A stretch of 54,700 nt of DNA from Patescibacteria group bacterium. Lineage in GTDB: Bacteria; Patescibacteriota; Patescibacteriia; WFTA01; S139-112. The stretch is taken from the NCBI GenBank assembly GCA_015485695.1, contig WFTB01000015.1, positions 1 to 54,700 of the forward strand, in the 5' to 3' direction. Under the pieces are notes generated by a model that saw only the letters and a program-made list of their open reading frames with translations, was not told the origin of the DNA and did not search any database. The translations under genes and the position numbers were made by a program. Numbering within the stretch: the stretch's first letter is position 1; every line of letters starts with the position of its first letter. Shown here piece by piece: positions 1-9,096 of this stretch.

Positions 1-152
1 GCATATATGTATTGTCGCTTTAAGTTGGAAATTAGTTTTGCTTATATTAGCCAAATATACATTGTGACATGGTGTTTTGTCTGTTCTGATTGACAATAAT
101 CATAACAAAAACTATTATACAAACACATATACAAACGATTGAAAGTGGCAAT

Positions 153-941
153 ATGATCGACCGCAACACAATAAAAGAACAACTGGGATTGAGCGACAAG
201 GAGGCGCGCGTGTATTACGCTCTTTTGCGGGAGGGGTCCGGGTATGCTTCCGTTATTGCCGTGGAGTCCGGAGTTAAACGCTCCACCGCGTATCAAATAC
301 TTGATAAGCTGCATTCCTACGGACTGGTGCACAAATACATAAAGGGCAACAAATTTTATTACACTCGATCAAAGTCCGATGATGTGTTGCAATTCCTAAA
401 AGACAGAGAGAGTATGGCGAAAAAGCGAATCTCTCAATTTGAGAAAATGCTTCCAGAGTTGCAAATATATTATTCTGACAGAGAAAAAAAGCCGAAACTC
501 GAGCATTATGATAATAAAAAACAGGTGGAAGACCTGCTTATTAAAACATTGCGTGTTCCCGAGTCCGACGGGGTATTTGGATTTTTGTCGGTCGAATCGT
601 TTATTAGGCATGTTGGAAGCGGTGTGCTTGTAAAATTCGCGGAAGAGATTGCTTCACGGGAATTGTCTGTTAAACTGCTGAATTTTAACGAAACCGGAAA
701 AGCAAAGAAAGAATCGCGTTTATGGGTGAAAAAACATTTCGGCGCGTTGCCTAAAAATCTTCAGCCCAAGATAAAAGGAATAGACAGCAATCAAGAGCTT
801 TCCGCATTTACTTTGATATCCGGAAACAGTGTTTTTCTTATAGACATCACACCGCCCGAATACATGGGAACGGTCATATCAAACAAAGACATGGTTCAAG
901 GAATACGAACGGTGTTTGACAATCTTTGGAGGCGATTGTAG
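153..941 (+). CDS. TrmB-family transcriptional regulator (N-terminal wHTH)
   Basis: LGLSDKEARVYYALL...SGVKRSTAYQILDKL...GLV is a typical TrmB HTH; ATG at 153 preferred over the 90 start. Confidence 0.85.
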   Translation: MIDRNTIKEQLGLSDKEARVYYALLREGSGYASVIAVESGVKRSTAYQILDKLHSYGLVHKYIKGNKFYYTRSKSDDVLQFLKDRESMAKKRISQFEKMLPELQIYYSDREKKPKLEHYDNKKQVEDLLIKTLRVPESDGVFGFLSVESFIRHVGSGVLVKFAEEIASRELSVKLLNFNETGKAKKESRLWVKKHFGALPKNLQPKIKGIDSNQELSAFTLISGNSVFLIDITPPEYMGTVISNKDMVQGIRTVFDNLWRRL

Positions 942-1035
942 GTGTAAAGTGAAAACCGTGCACACATGACGGCGTATGCCAATTCTTGTGGCGCGGTCTT
1001 TTTGTGTCGGTTCAAAAGATTTAACATTGTCACTC

Positions 1036-1064
1036 TTGACACCCCGTGGGGGTGTGTGTATAAT
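1036..1064 (+). promoter_or_regulatory. sigma70 promoter TTGACA-N17-TATAAT with CsoR/CstR-type operator ACACCCC-GTG-GGGGTGT (1039-1055) overlapping the -35 and spacer
   Basis: Perfect consensus hexamers at 1036-1041 and 1059-1064; G/C-tract inverted repeat; ATG 8 nt after the -10. Confidence 0.85.
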
Positions 1065-1072
1065 GTATTCGT

Positions 1073-1342
1073 ATGAGTAAACATTCGCAACAGACAATCA
1101 ATGAGCAAGTTATAAGACGCATCAATAATGTGAACGGGCAATTGTCCGGCATCGTTCGCATGATAGAGCGTGGCGATGATTGTGTGTCGGTTTTGGTGCA
1201 GTTTAAAGCCGCAAAATCAGGTATCGGCAGAGCTCTTTCCTTGTTTTTGAAGGAAAACATGAAGCAGTGTGTTGGAGCGGAGAAAATGAGTGAAAAGAAA
1301 GAAAAAGACCTGGAAAAAATGCTGGACGAATTGGCAAAATAA
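1073..1342 (+). CDS. CsoR/RcnR-family repressor, CstR-like (persulfide-sensing subtype)
   Basis: RINNVNGQLSGIVRMIE..DDC..VLVQFKA; second Cys in ENMKQC with Asn instead of the metal-binding His. Confidence 0.85.
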   Translation: MSKHSQQTINEQVIRRINNVNGQLSGIVRMIERGDDCVSVLVQFKAAKSGIGRALSLFLKENMKQCVGAEKMSEKKEKDLEKMLDELAK

Positions 1343-1372
1343 TTTTTAATTTATAAGTTTAATATTATTTAT

Positions 1373-1597
1373 ATGAGTGTATTCAAACTCGAAACAAACA
1401 GATGGCACATAGTCAGGGTCGTATTTTTATTAGCTTCCGTTTTGACTTTCGCTTCGGTGTGCTTGACGGTATATACCGGATCTTTGTGGTGGCTCGCATT
1501 GGCGGGATTTGTCGCGATAATGCAATTTATATTTGCAATAACCGGATACTGTCCGTCTGCCATCATACTCGACAAGTTGGGTGTACCCAGAAAGTAG
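1373..1597 (+). CDS. DUF2892 / YgaP-like membrane protein
   Basis: 74 aa, two hydrophobic helices, C-terminal TGYCP..ILDKLG motif. Confidence 0.85.
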   Translation: MSVFKLETNRWHIVRVVFLLASVLTFASVCLTVYTGSLWWLALAGFVAIMQFIFAITGYCPSAIILDKLGVPRK

Positions 1598-1628
1598 AGG
1601 GAGTTCGTTTTTTCAGTAAGTGCTTATT

Positions 1629-3293
1629 ATGAAGAACAAGAAGACGCTATTTTTGATTTTATTGTTTGTCGTTTCCGCGATACTCGTCTATGCGTTTGCG
1701 TATGGAAAACGTGGAGATGTAGATTATGCTTTAACAAGCAAAAAAAAATTAAGCGAAGGTAATCTTAGCGGCGCGTTTACTCTAGGGTCGGCCTCAAAGT
1801 CGGTACCGGAAATTTCCGTAACGGGAACGCTTTTGCCGGTTGAGCGCGCGGATGTTTTTGCCGTTGTTTCCGGAACGATAACTTCGTTTAACGCGGTGGC
1901 GGGCAAATTCGTGCGACGTGGCGATGTTATAGCGCGTATTGATTCTCCGTCTTTGCGTTCTTCGTTGTCTGTTGCCAATGCGACGTATGAAAAGGCGCTT
2001 GCGGATTATGAATATCAACGAATCATGAGTGAGACGTCCGGAATCCGTTCGGACGTGGATGTCAAAAGCGCGGAGATAGACAAAGAAAATCAAATAAAAT
2101 CGGCGCAACAACAGCTGAACGAAGCGTATGTTGGAGCGTTTAGCGCGATAAGACAATCTTTTGATGATGCGATCTCCGCTCTTGCAACCATGATTGACGG
2201 TAAATCGCTTGCATACGGAAACGCAAGCATGAGAGACACTTTATCCGGCGTGGAATACGAACAACTCCGCGCAGGGAAAATATTATTGGGAGCGTCAAGC
2301 GATACGGCGCGATGGGAAAGCGAATTCGTGCTAGGACTTAACGGAGGGTTGCGAGAAAAAATTTCCGCGATAAATACGGTCGCTGGAAGCACAAAAGAAA
2401 TAGATAATATACGGTCGGAACTTTCGGAAGCTCTTGAATATGTGTCCGTTGGGCTTGGTTATTCGAGAGAGATAGCGTCATCGTTTGGCGATAAAAATCA
2501 AATAGAGAATGTCGATCAGATGATAACCAGAATAAATTCAGCGATTGCGCGCATTCAAGGCGCGGAACAAAACATAAAAACGGCTAAGATATATCTTGAT
2601 TCCGTTATGTCTCAAAAAGACGTCGCGCTTGAGAAAAACATTGCGATACAGAGTGACACAAAAGAGAGGTACGACGCGCTTTTGGAGTCAACGGCTCGCG
2701 CGGTTGAGTCTGCCAGAGTTTCCGTGTCTCGCGCGAAGTCGCTTTTGGAAGATACCGTTGTTCGAGCCCCGTTTGACGGTGTAATCGAGGACGTGTTCGC
2801 TTCAGTAGGCGATGTTGTTATGCCGGGCGCGCCATTGGTGTCTGTTTCCACTTCCGACAAATGGAAAGTTGAATTTACGGTATCGGACAGGTTCAATGAA
2901 TATATAAAAACAGGGACTCCGGTTAAGCTGTATATAGGGGGCGACTCGGGTTCATTTGAAGCCTCTATAGACAAGATAGTTCCGGCGGTGGATTTTAATT
3001 CAAAGAAAATTCGTTTTGAGACTTATTTGAACAGTTCTCCGGAGTCGGCTCGATCGGGTCTTGTGGTGAAGGGGAACATATCTCCTTCTTATAAAGAAAA
3101 GTCTGAAGAGAGTTCATCTACCGTGTTTTCAATCCCGAACAAATATGTGGGATACGGGTATAACGGAACGTATGTGGTTTCAAAAGACGAAAAAAACATT
3201 CCAATAACCATAATATCTCGCAACAAAAACGAGTCACAGATATCCGGACAGGGTTTGTTTGAGGGACTTGAAATAATCGTTCCGATATTTTGA
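1629..3293 (+). CDS. RND efflux periplasmic adaptor (HlyD/MFP family) with long coiled coil
   Basis: N-terminal TM; lipoyl halves (VSGTI...GKFVRRGDVIARID; VRAPFDGVI...VGDVV.PGAPL). Confidence 0.85.
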   Translation: MKNKKTLFLILLFVVSAILVYAFAYGKRGDVDYALTSKKKLSEGNLSGAFTLGSASKSVPEISVTGTLLPVERADVFAVVSGTITSFNAVAGKFVRRGDVIARIDSPSLRSSLSVANATYEKALADYEYQRIMSETSGIRSDVDVKSAEIDKENQIKSAQQQLNEAYVGAFSAIRQSFDDAISALATMIDGKSLAYGNASMRDTLSGVEYEQLRAGKILLGASSDTARWESEFVLGLNGGLREKISAINTVAGSTKEIDNIRSELSEALEYVSVGLGYSREIASSFGDKNQIENVDQMITRINSAIARIQGAEQNIKTAKIYLDSVMSQKDVALEKNIAIQSDTKERYDALLESTARAVESARVSVSRAKSLLEDTVVRAPFDGVIEDVFASVGDVVMPGAPLVSVSTSDKWKVEFTVSDRFNEYIKTGTPVKLYIGGDSGSFEASIDKIVPAVDFNSKKIRFETYLNSSPESARSGLVVKGNISPSYKEKSEESSSTVFSIPNKYVGYGYNGTYVVSKDEKNIPITIISRNKNESQISGQGLFEGLEIIVPIF

Positions 3294-3307
3294 TAATACG
3301 GCATACT

Positions 3308-6300
3308 ATGTCTCATTTGCACATAAAAGAAGGATTGGCTTCAAAAATAGTAAAAGCGTTCACGTTTAACAGACCGCTTTCTTTTATTATCCTTATAGGA
3401 GTTTTGGCGTTCGGAGCGCTTTCTTATCTGATGACGCCAAAACAATATAATCCGGAAATCATCAGACCCGCGTTTTCCGTGGTTACGGAATATCCCAACG
3501 CGAACGCAGAAGAAGTTAACCTGTTCATAACAAATGAGCTCGCCGAAAAAATAAACGACATACGAGGTGTTGACGAAATAGTAGCGCGGTCATACGACGG
3601 AGGCCTGTCTGAGATTACGGTCATATTTGACGTTGGGGAAAACTTGGAAGACGCCAAGGTTCGTTTGTACACCCGATTGATGAGATTTGAACCGTTCGCA
3701 AGCGGTAAAATTCGAGAACCGTCAATACTTGCCATAAGTCCCGATGATGTCCCTATAGTTACAGTGGCTCTTTATTCTGACACAATGTCCCAAAACGACG
3801 TGCGTGAACGCGCCATTGGCATAATGAATAAAATCAAAGAAGTCGATAATGTTGCCAATGTGTCGATTCATGGAGGGGAAAGCAGGGCTCTTTCCGTTCG
3901 TGTCGATATTGGGGCGATGCGTGAGCGCGGTATTTCGGTTGAGGACGTGCAACGAGCGATACTGAGGAGCAATGTAAAAAACAATTCAGGTTCATTTAGA
4001 GACGGAAACGAGCTAATCGTTATAGACTTGGACAATACCATATCGTCCGCAGACGATATTCGTTCGGTGGTTATCTCGCCGGGAGTTGAGCTTGCGGACA
4101 TTGCCACGGTGGAAGACGGTTGGCAAGAAAAACAATCCTTTGTTTTGTTTTATGCAAAGGAAGGTCCGCCAAAAAAAGCCGTGTATTTGTCTGTTGCGAA
4201 AAGACCGGGATCCAACGCCCCTTCAGTATCCGCCGATGTGCGCGCAAAACTTGATGGTGTGATGCGGGACGGTGAATATTCGGAAATAAAAAGCGTCATA
4301 GTGCGAGACGACGGACTCGTCGCGCAAAAAGAAATAAATCGTCTGGGACTTAACTTGCTTCAGAGTATATTGATAGTGGGCGTTGTTCTTGTGTTTTTCT
4401 TGTCTTTAAGACCGGCATTGGTGGTTATGACCGCAATACCGCTTACATTGCTTCTTGTGTTTGCCGTTGCCTTTGTCGCGGGTGAAACCATAAACAGAAT
4501 TACTCTATTTGCTCTTATTCTGTCTTTGGGTTTGCTGGTGGACTCCGCAACGGTTGTGGTGGAAAACGTTCACAGGCACATGAAAAAATCCGATAATCGC
4601 GAAGCGTCTGTTGTGCGCGCGGTGCAACAAGTGGCTATGGGGTTGGTGCTTTCCACCGTGACTTCGGTTGTGGTGTTTTTGCCGATAAAATATATAACCG
4701 GCATGATGGGACCGTATATGGGACCGCTTTCGTTCTTTGTTCCGGTTGCGTTAATTATGGCGCTGGTGGTTGCTTTTATAATAACTCCGTTTTTAACGTA
4801 TACCATTTTGAGGTCGGACAAAGAAGATTCCGGAATTGTCGGCGCCGAAAAAGCGGAAAGCGGAATATTCGAAAAGATAACAGCCATATATGCAAGAGTG
4901 TTGCGTTTTTTGCTTTATAGCACGAAGCGCCAGAATAAACTTATTGTTCTGGCTGTGATAATGCTTGTTGTTTCTATTGCTTTGCCCGCAACGGGTCTTG
5001 TGCATTTTCAAATGCTCCCGAAGGCGGACAAAGAACAATATTATGTTTATATAGACATGCCTGTCGGTACCGACATAGTACGAACAAAGAAAACCGCTGA
5101 TTCGATAGCGGAAGTTGTGCGAGGAGAAACATACACCAAGTCTTTGCAAGTGTTCGTTGGCGAACCGCCGGTTGTGGATTTTAACGGCATGTTCAAAGGC
5201 GTCATGGGTCGTGTCGGGGCAAATCAGGCGACAATACGGGTGAATATAACCGAACCGGAATCGAGAAATGTCGCTTCTTCGGAAATCGTTTCCAAGGCGC
5301 GGACGGCCATACTTGAAAAAGCGGATATCGATGTCGGAACATCGGTAAAAGTTCTCGAAGACCCGCCCGGTCCTCCGGTTGTCGCCACGTTTGTAGCGAA
5401 AGTTTTCGGTCCGAATATTGACAAGCGAGAATCAATAGCAAGATCAATTCAAGAGACCGTACGCTCAATCGACGGCGCGGTTGATATTGACACAAGCATA
5501 GAGGAAGCGGGCCCGAGAATACGCATTGACATAGATTCGGACCTTGCCCGAGCATACGGTGTCACCGCCGAATCGGTATCAAGGACAATTTCGTTTCTTT
5601 TTGGGCCGGTTAATGTCGGGCAATATCATGCGAACGGATTGAGCGAATACGCTCCGATAGAATTGGCACTCCCTAAATCACTTCGTGAAAACCCTGAAAT
5701 TTTGGACGACATTGACGTTAGGACAATTAACGGTTCTCTTATACCTCTGTCGTCAATTGCCACATATAAGTGGTCGAGAACCGTTCCATCTATTGTAGAA
5801 GAATCTCAGAAAGAGGTTTCATACGTTACCGCCGAAGTTGATGGCAGGTCGATAGTGTACGTGATGATAGACACAATCAAAAGCCTTCTTGACAATGGTG
5901 ATTATTCCGAATATATAAGCGACTGGAACTTGTTTGGCATGACATATACGTTTCCGGACGGAGAAACCTACACCGTTCGTTGGGGAGGTGAGTGGGAAAT
6001 GACATTGGAAAACTTCAGAGATCTGGGAATAGCCATGCTGGTGGCGTTGTTCCTTGTGTACGGAATATTGGTTGCTCAGTACAGCTCTTTCAGGGTGCCG
6101 GCGCTTATAATGAGCACCGTTCCGTTCGGATTGGTTGGAATACTGCCGGGGTTTTTTGTGCTCGATTCCACAGCCGGTATTTATCTTACGGCGACGGCGC
6201 TTATAGGGTTTATCGCTCTTATAGGTATTGTGGTGAACAATGCGATATTGTTTATGGAATATTTTGAAGAGATAAAAGAAAAAACACCGGACATGGACAA

Positions 6301-6514
6301 TCGCGACGCTCTTATACAAGCGGGGAGCACGCGACTTCGTCCTATTTTGCTCACGTCTCTTACCACCGTGCTTGGAAGCATTACAATTGCGTCGGATCCA
6401 GTTTGGTCGGGACTTGCGTGGTCGATTGTGTTTGGATTGTCATTGTCAACCATATTGACTCTTGTTATATTTCCGGTGCTTTATATACGAACACAAAAAA
6501 GGACCGACGCATAA
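3308..6514 (+). CDS. RND efflux permease (AcrB/AcrD/AcrF family)
   Basis: ~1070 aa with two TM bundles; GLLVDSATVVVEN, GIVVNNAIL and RLRPILLTSLTT motifs. Confidence 0.93.
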   Translation: MSHLHIKEGLASKIVKAFTFNRPLSFIILIGVLAFGALSYLMTPKQYNPEIIRPAFSVVTEYPNANAEEVNLFITNELAEKINDIRGVDEIVARSYDGGLSEITVIFDVGENLEDAKVRLYTRLMRFEPFASGKIREPSILAISPDDVPIVTVALYSDTMSQNDVRERAIGIMNKIKEVDNVANVSIHGGESRALSVRVDIGAMRERGISVEDVQRAILRSNVKNNSGSFRDGNELIVIDLDNTISSADDIRSVVISPGVELADIATVEDGWQEKQSFVLFYAKEGPPKKAVYLSVAKRPGSNAPSVSADVRAKLDGVMRDGEYSEIKSVIVRDDGLVAQKEINRLGLNLLQSILIVGVVLVFFLSLRPALVVMTAIPLTLLLVFAVAFVAGETINRITLFALILSLGLLVDSATVVVENVHRHMKKSDNREASVVRAVQQVAMGLVLSTVTSVVVFLPIKYITGMMGPYMGPLSFFVPVALIMALVVAFIITPFLTYTILRSDKEDSGIVGAEKAESGIFEKITAIYARVLRFLLYSTKRQNKLIVLAVIMLVVSIALPATGLVHFQMLPKADKEQYYVYIDMPVGTDIVRTKKTADSIAEVVRGETYTKSLQVFVGEPPVVDFNGMFKGVMGRVGANQATIRVNITEPESRNVASSEIVSKARTAILEKADIDVGTSVKVLEDPPGPPVVATFVAKVFGPNIDKRESIARSIQETVRSIDGAVDIDTSIEEAGPRIRIDIDSDLARAYGVTAESVSRTISFLFGPVNVGQYHANGLSEYAPIELALPKSLRENPEILDDIDVRTINGSLIPLSSIATYKWSRTVPSIVEESQKEVSYVTAEVDGRSIVYVMIDTIKSLLDNGDYSEYISDWNLFGMTYTFPDGETYTVRWGGEWEMTLENFRDLGIAMLVALFLVYGILVAQYSSFRVPALIMSTVPFGLVGILPGFFVLDSTAGIYLTATALIGFIALIGIVVNNAILFMEYFEEIKEKTPDMDNRDALIQAGSTRLRPILLTSLTTVLGSITIASDPVWSGLAWSIVFGLSLSTILTLVIFPVLYIRTQKRTDA

Positions 6515-6621
6515 TCTTTTGTTGTTTGTTAAAAACCACACTGAAATTATGCTACCAAGCTGACGGTCATTCGTTATGTTTCTCATCTTAATCATGTAAC
6601 TCTACTTGTCTTGATTGATAC

Positions 6622-7545
6622 TCAGTCATTGGTACGTTGATTTATTTGGTGTATTTTATCGTACCATGATATATATTTTTTTAGACCATCACGCAATGTT
6701 GTTGTTGGATAAAATCCAAGTTTTTTAGCTTTTGATATATTGCCTCGTATCTTCATTATCTCGTTCGGGCGAGGGTCAGTATATTCTAACGATAAGTCGC
6801 TATTCATTATCGATAATATTTTTCGAGCTAGCTCATTGATTGATACGTCGGTTCCGGTGCCTATGTTGACAGGGTCACATGTATCATATAGCGTCATGAG
6901 CTCATATCCTTTTAATGTGTCATCTATATACATAAAATCCCTCGTTTGCTTTCCGTCACCCGTGATAATTGGAGGTAGTCCGTCAGATATTCGCCTAACA
7001 AATATCGGTATCACAGAACCGTATTGTCCGTTGTTTTGGAATGGTCCGTATGTGTTGAAGTTTCTTAATACTGATACGTTCGTGCCGTATCTACCACTAA
7101 AGTGTGCACACAATTTCTCGGCTTCCCATTTGCTCTCAGCGTATGGGTTTTGAGGGTGTATTCTGTGTTCTTCTGACATCGACTCTTCTTGTGATGTACC
7201 GTACACCTCAACACTACTTGGGAACACGACTTTCGAGTTGTGTTTTGTGCACAGCTCAAGAATTATTTTTGTTCCTTCAACATTGACGTCGAAAGTTAGT
7301 TGCCTTTCTACGTATGATCTGTCTACATGAATTTGTGCTGCCAAATGATACACGATATCGCAACCCGCAATTAATTCGTCCATTAGAGAGCGATTAAGGA
7401 TATCTCCTTTTACGCATTGTATGGGTGCTCCACACGGATGATCAAAGTTATCAACCCCGATAACGCTGTGTCCTTTACGGATCAGTTTATTGTGAAGATG
7501 ATATCCGATGAATCCAGCGACACCGGTGATGAGTATTTTTTTCAT
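6622..7545 (-). CDS. NAD-dependent nucleotide-sugar epimerase/dehydratase
   Basis: TGVAGFIG, HLAAQ, YAESK (YxxxK), FNTYGP and GDGKQTRDF motifs. Confidence 0.9.
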   Translation of the reverse strand: MKKILITGVAGFIGYHLHNKLIRKGHSVIGVDNFDHPCGAPIQCVKGDILNRSLMDELIAGCDIVYHLAAQIHVDRSYVERQLTFDVNVEGTKIILELCTKHNSKVVFPSSVEVYGTSQEESMSEEHRIHPQNPYAESKWEAEKLCAHFSGRYGTNVSVLRNFNTYGPFQNNGQYGSVIPIFVRRISDGLPPIITGDGKQTRDFMYIDDTLKGYELMTLYDTCDPVNIGTGTDVSINELARKILSIMNSDLSLEYTDPRPNEIMKIRGNISKAKKLGFYPTTTLRDGLKKYISWYDKIHQINQRTND

Positions 7546-7598
7546 ATTAAGTATAGATGTGAGATTGTAGTAAGATTATTTTTCATTAAAGTGATTTT

Positions 7599-8249
7599 TT
7601 AACTAAAATTTATGTATCGCTTTTCCACATCTTCAACAAACGTCTTTTTATGATTGTCGTACAAGAAAAGACAGACTGTCAGATTAGTTATGTTAAACTT
7701 TGTCCCAATCAGTGGAGCGTACGCGCTTCTGATTTTATCGTCAACGCGTTCGTCCGTATTGTCCGTAACCCCGAGTGTTATGTGCGGATGAAAGTTATCA
7801 AGCACTCTGTATGAGCCGTATCGTTTGAGGTATGACATCTCTTTCGCGTTCAACTTTCCCTCAGATTGGCGTATTATGTCTTTTTCTCTCAATAAGTCGC
7901 CTCGCAGATTATTCGCGACTTTTAGAACACGTTCATGAAGTTTGAGCACCGGTTCCGGATTGGCGAGGCGCATGGTATAGAAAACTTTATCGCGCGAATC
8001 TGAATAATGACCGCAAATTTCTCCAAGCGTAACTTTAAAAGGTTCGATATTATGGAGCTCCAGATTGCGTACCAGAGTCGAAAACTTGTCCGGATTGAAT
8101 TTTGAGTAATACAAAGTGATGTGTGGCTCAAGTTCGCCACTTGGATGCGATATGCCAAAATCGCGCGATACGGATTTGATGGCGTCGGAAACTTTTCTTG
8201 GAACATCAATGTGAATGCCGATTTGGTGTTCTGTGCTCATGTCATGCAT
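7599..8249 (-). CDS. 2H phosphoesterase (2'-5' RNA ligase / LigT superfamily)
   Basis: Two HxT motifs, EPHITLY and FHPHITLG. Confidence 0.8.
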   Translation of the reverse strand: MHDMSTEHQIGIHIDVPRKVSDAIKSVSRDFGISHPSGELEPHITLYYSKFNPDKFSTLVRNLELHNIEPFKVTLGEICGHYSDSRDKVFYTMRLANPEPVLKLHERVLKVANNLRGDLLREKDIIRQSEGKLNAKEMSYLKRYGSYRVLDNFHPHITLGVTDNTDERVDDKIRSAYAPLIGTKFNITNLTVCLFLYDNHKKTFVEDVEKRYINFS

Positions 8250-8397
8250 AGCGTACGGACAAATTTGAGATAGGCGTGTAGAGGTTGTGAATCAGGCACG
8301 AACTTACTTGTTAAATTTTACACATGGGACAATAAAAAACAACCCTGTCGGGTTTTTGGGTAATCGTATTGAATAAGATTTTGACCGAACTCAAGCC

Positions 8398-8461
8398 CGC
8401 TTGCCACCGGCAACCGTCCTCGCTTGTTCGATTCCATTATTGTACTGAGCGGGTAGGGGGA
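8398..8461 (-). repeat. 64-bp copy of tRNA-Gly 3' end plus trailer (att-like direct repeat of 10812-10875)
   Basis: 62/64 identical to 10812-10875; contains the last 14 nt of tRNA-Gly. Confidence 0.92.
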
Positions 8462-8589
8462 CGTTAGAAATGCTATATCACAAATGGGAGAGACTTGATT
8501 CTAGTGCGCCGGTATTATACGAATATATTCACACAAGTTGTTTGTATTTATGTGATTTTTTTAGAATCCGATTGCTTGGGTTTGATTAG

Positions 8590-8960
8590 CTAAATTAAAG
8601 GATTCAAAGCAACAATTCCAGCTGTGACGAAGGCAATCGTGCGGGAAAACCATTGACGAGCCAAAAGATACACGAGCGCCACAATGCCAAATCCAAACAA
8701 TGCATACGAAAGCCGCAACGCCCACACATTCGCTCCGCCGATCAGCAGAAACACGTGCTGGATGAGAAATACAAGCGGCGGATGGTCATGGAAAGAAAGG
8801 TACGCCCACCACGGAATATTCGGATCCGGCAGCTGCCATGTGCTTGGTTGCGCAAGGGCAAAATCAAAATCCATCAAGCCGATTGACCGAAACCCGTAGA
8901 GCGCCTCGTCTGATATCACATCATCCCTCCCGAGCTGAAACAAACGAAGAAAAAGCGCAA
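8590..8960 (-). pseudogene. N-terminal fragment of an ArnT/PMT-like (GT39/GT83) membrane glycosyltransferase
   Basis: LFLRLFQLG..DEALY..DHPPL..RL motifs; stops after about 120 aa, whereas these families are usually over 400 aa; no clear start codon. Confidence 0.7.
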
Positions 8961-9096
8961 CCCACCGACGCCGTCCATATGTAAACCCTATGTCGCTGTT
9001 TTATCATATGGTATCCATTTAAAATAAAAATAACAGCTGAAATATGCCACTGTTATTCTATCACAAATATTACTCACTGTTTTTGCCAACGCGCGA

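Noticed and set aside
950-1005. Imperfect hairpin after the TrmB gene as a riboswitch or ncRNA
   Set aside because: Pairing is interrupted and no known motif is recognisable; at most a weak terminator
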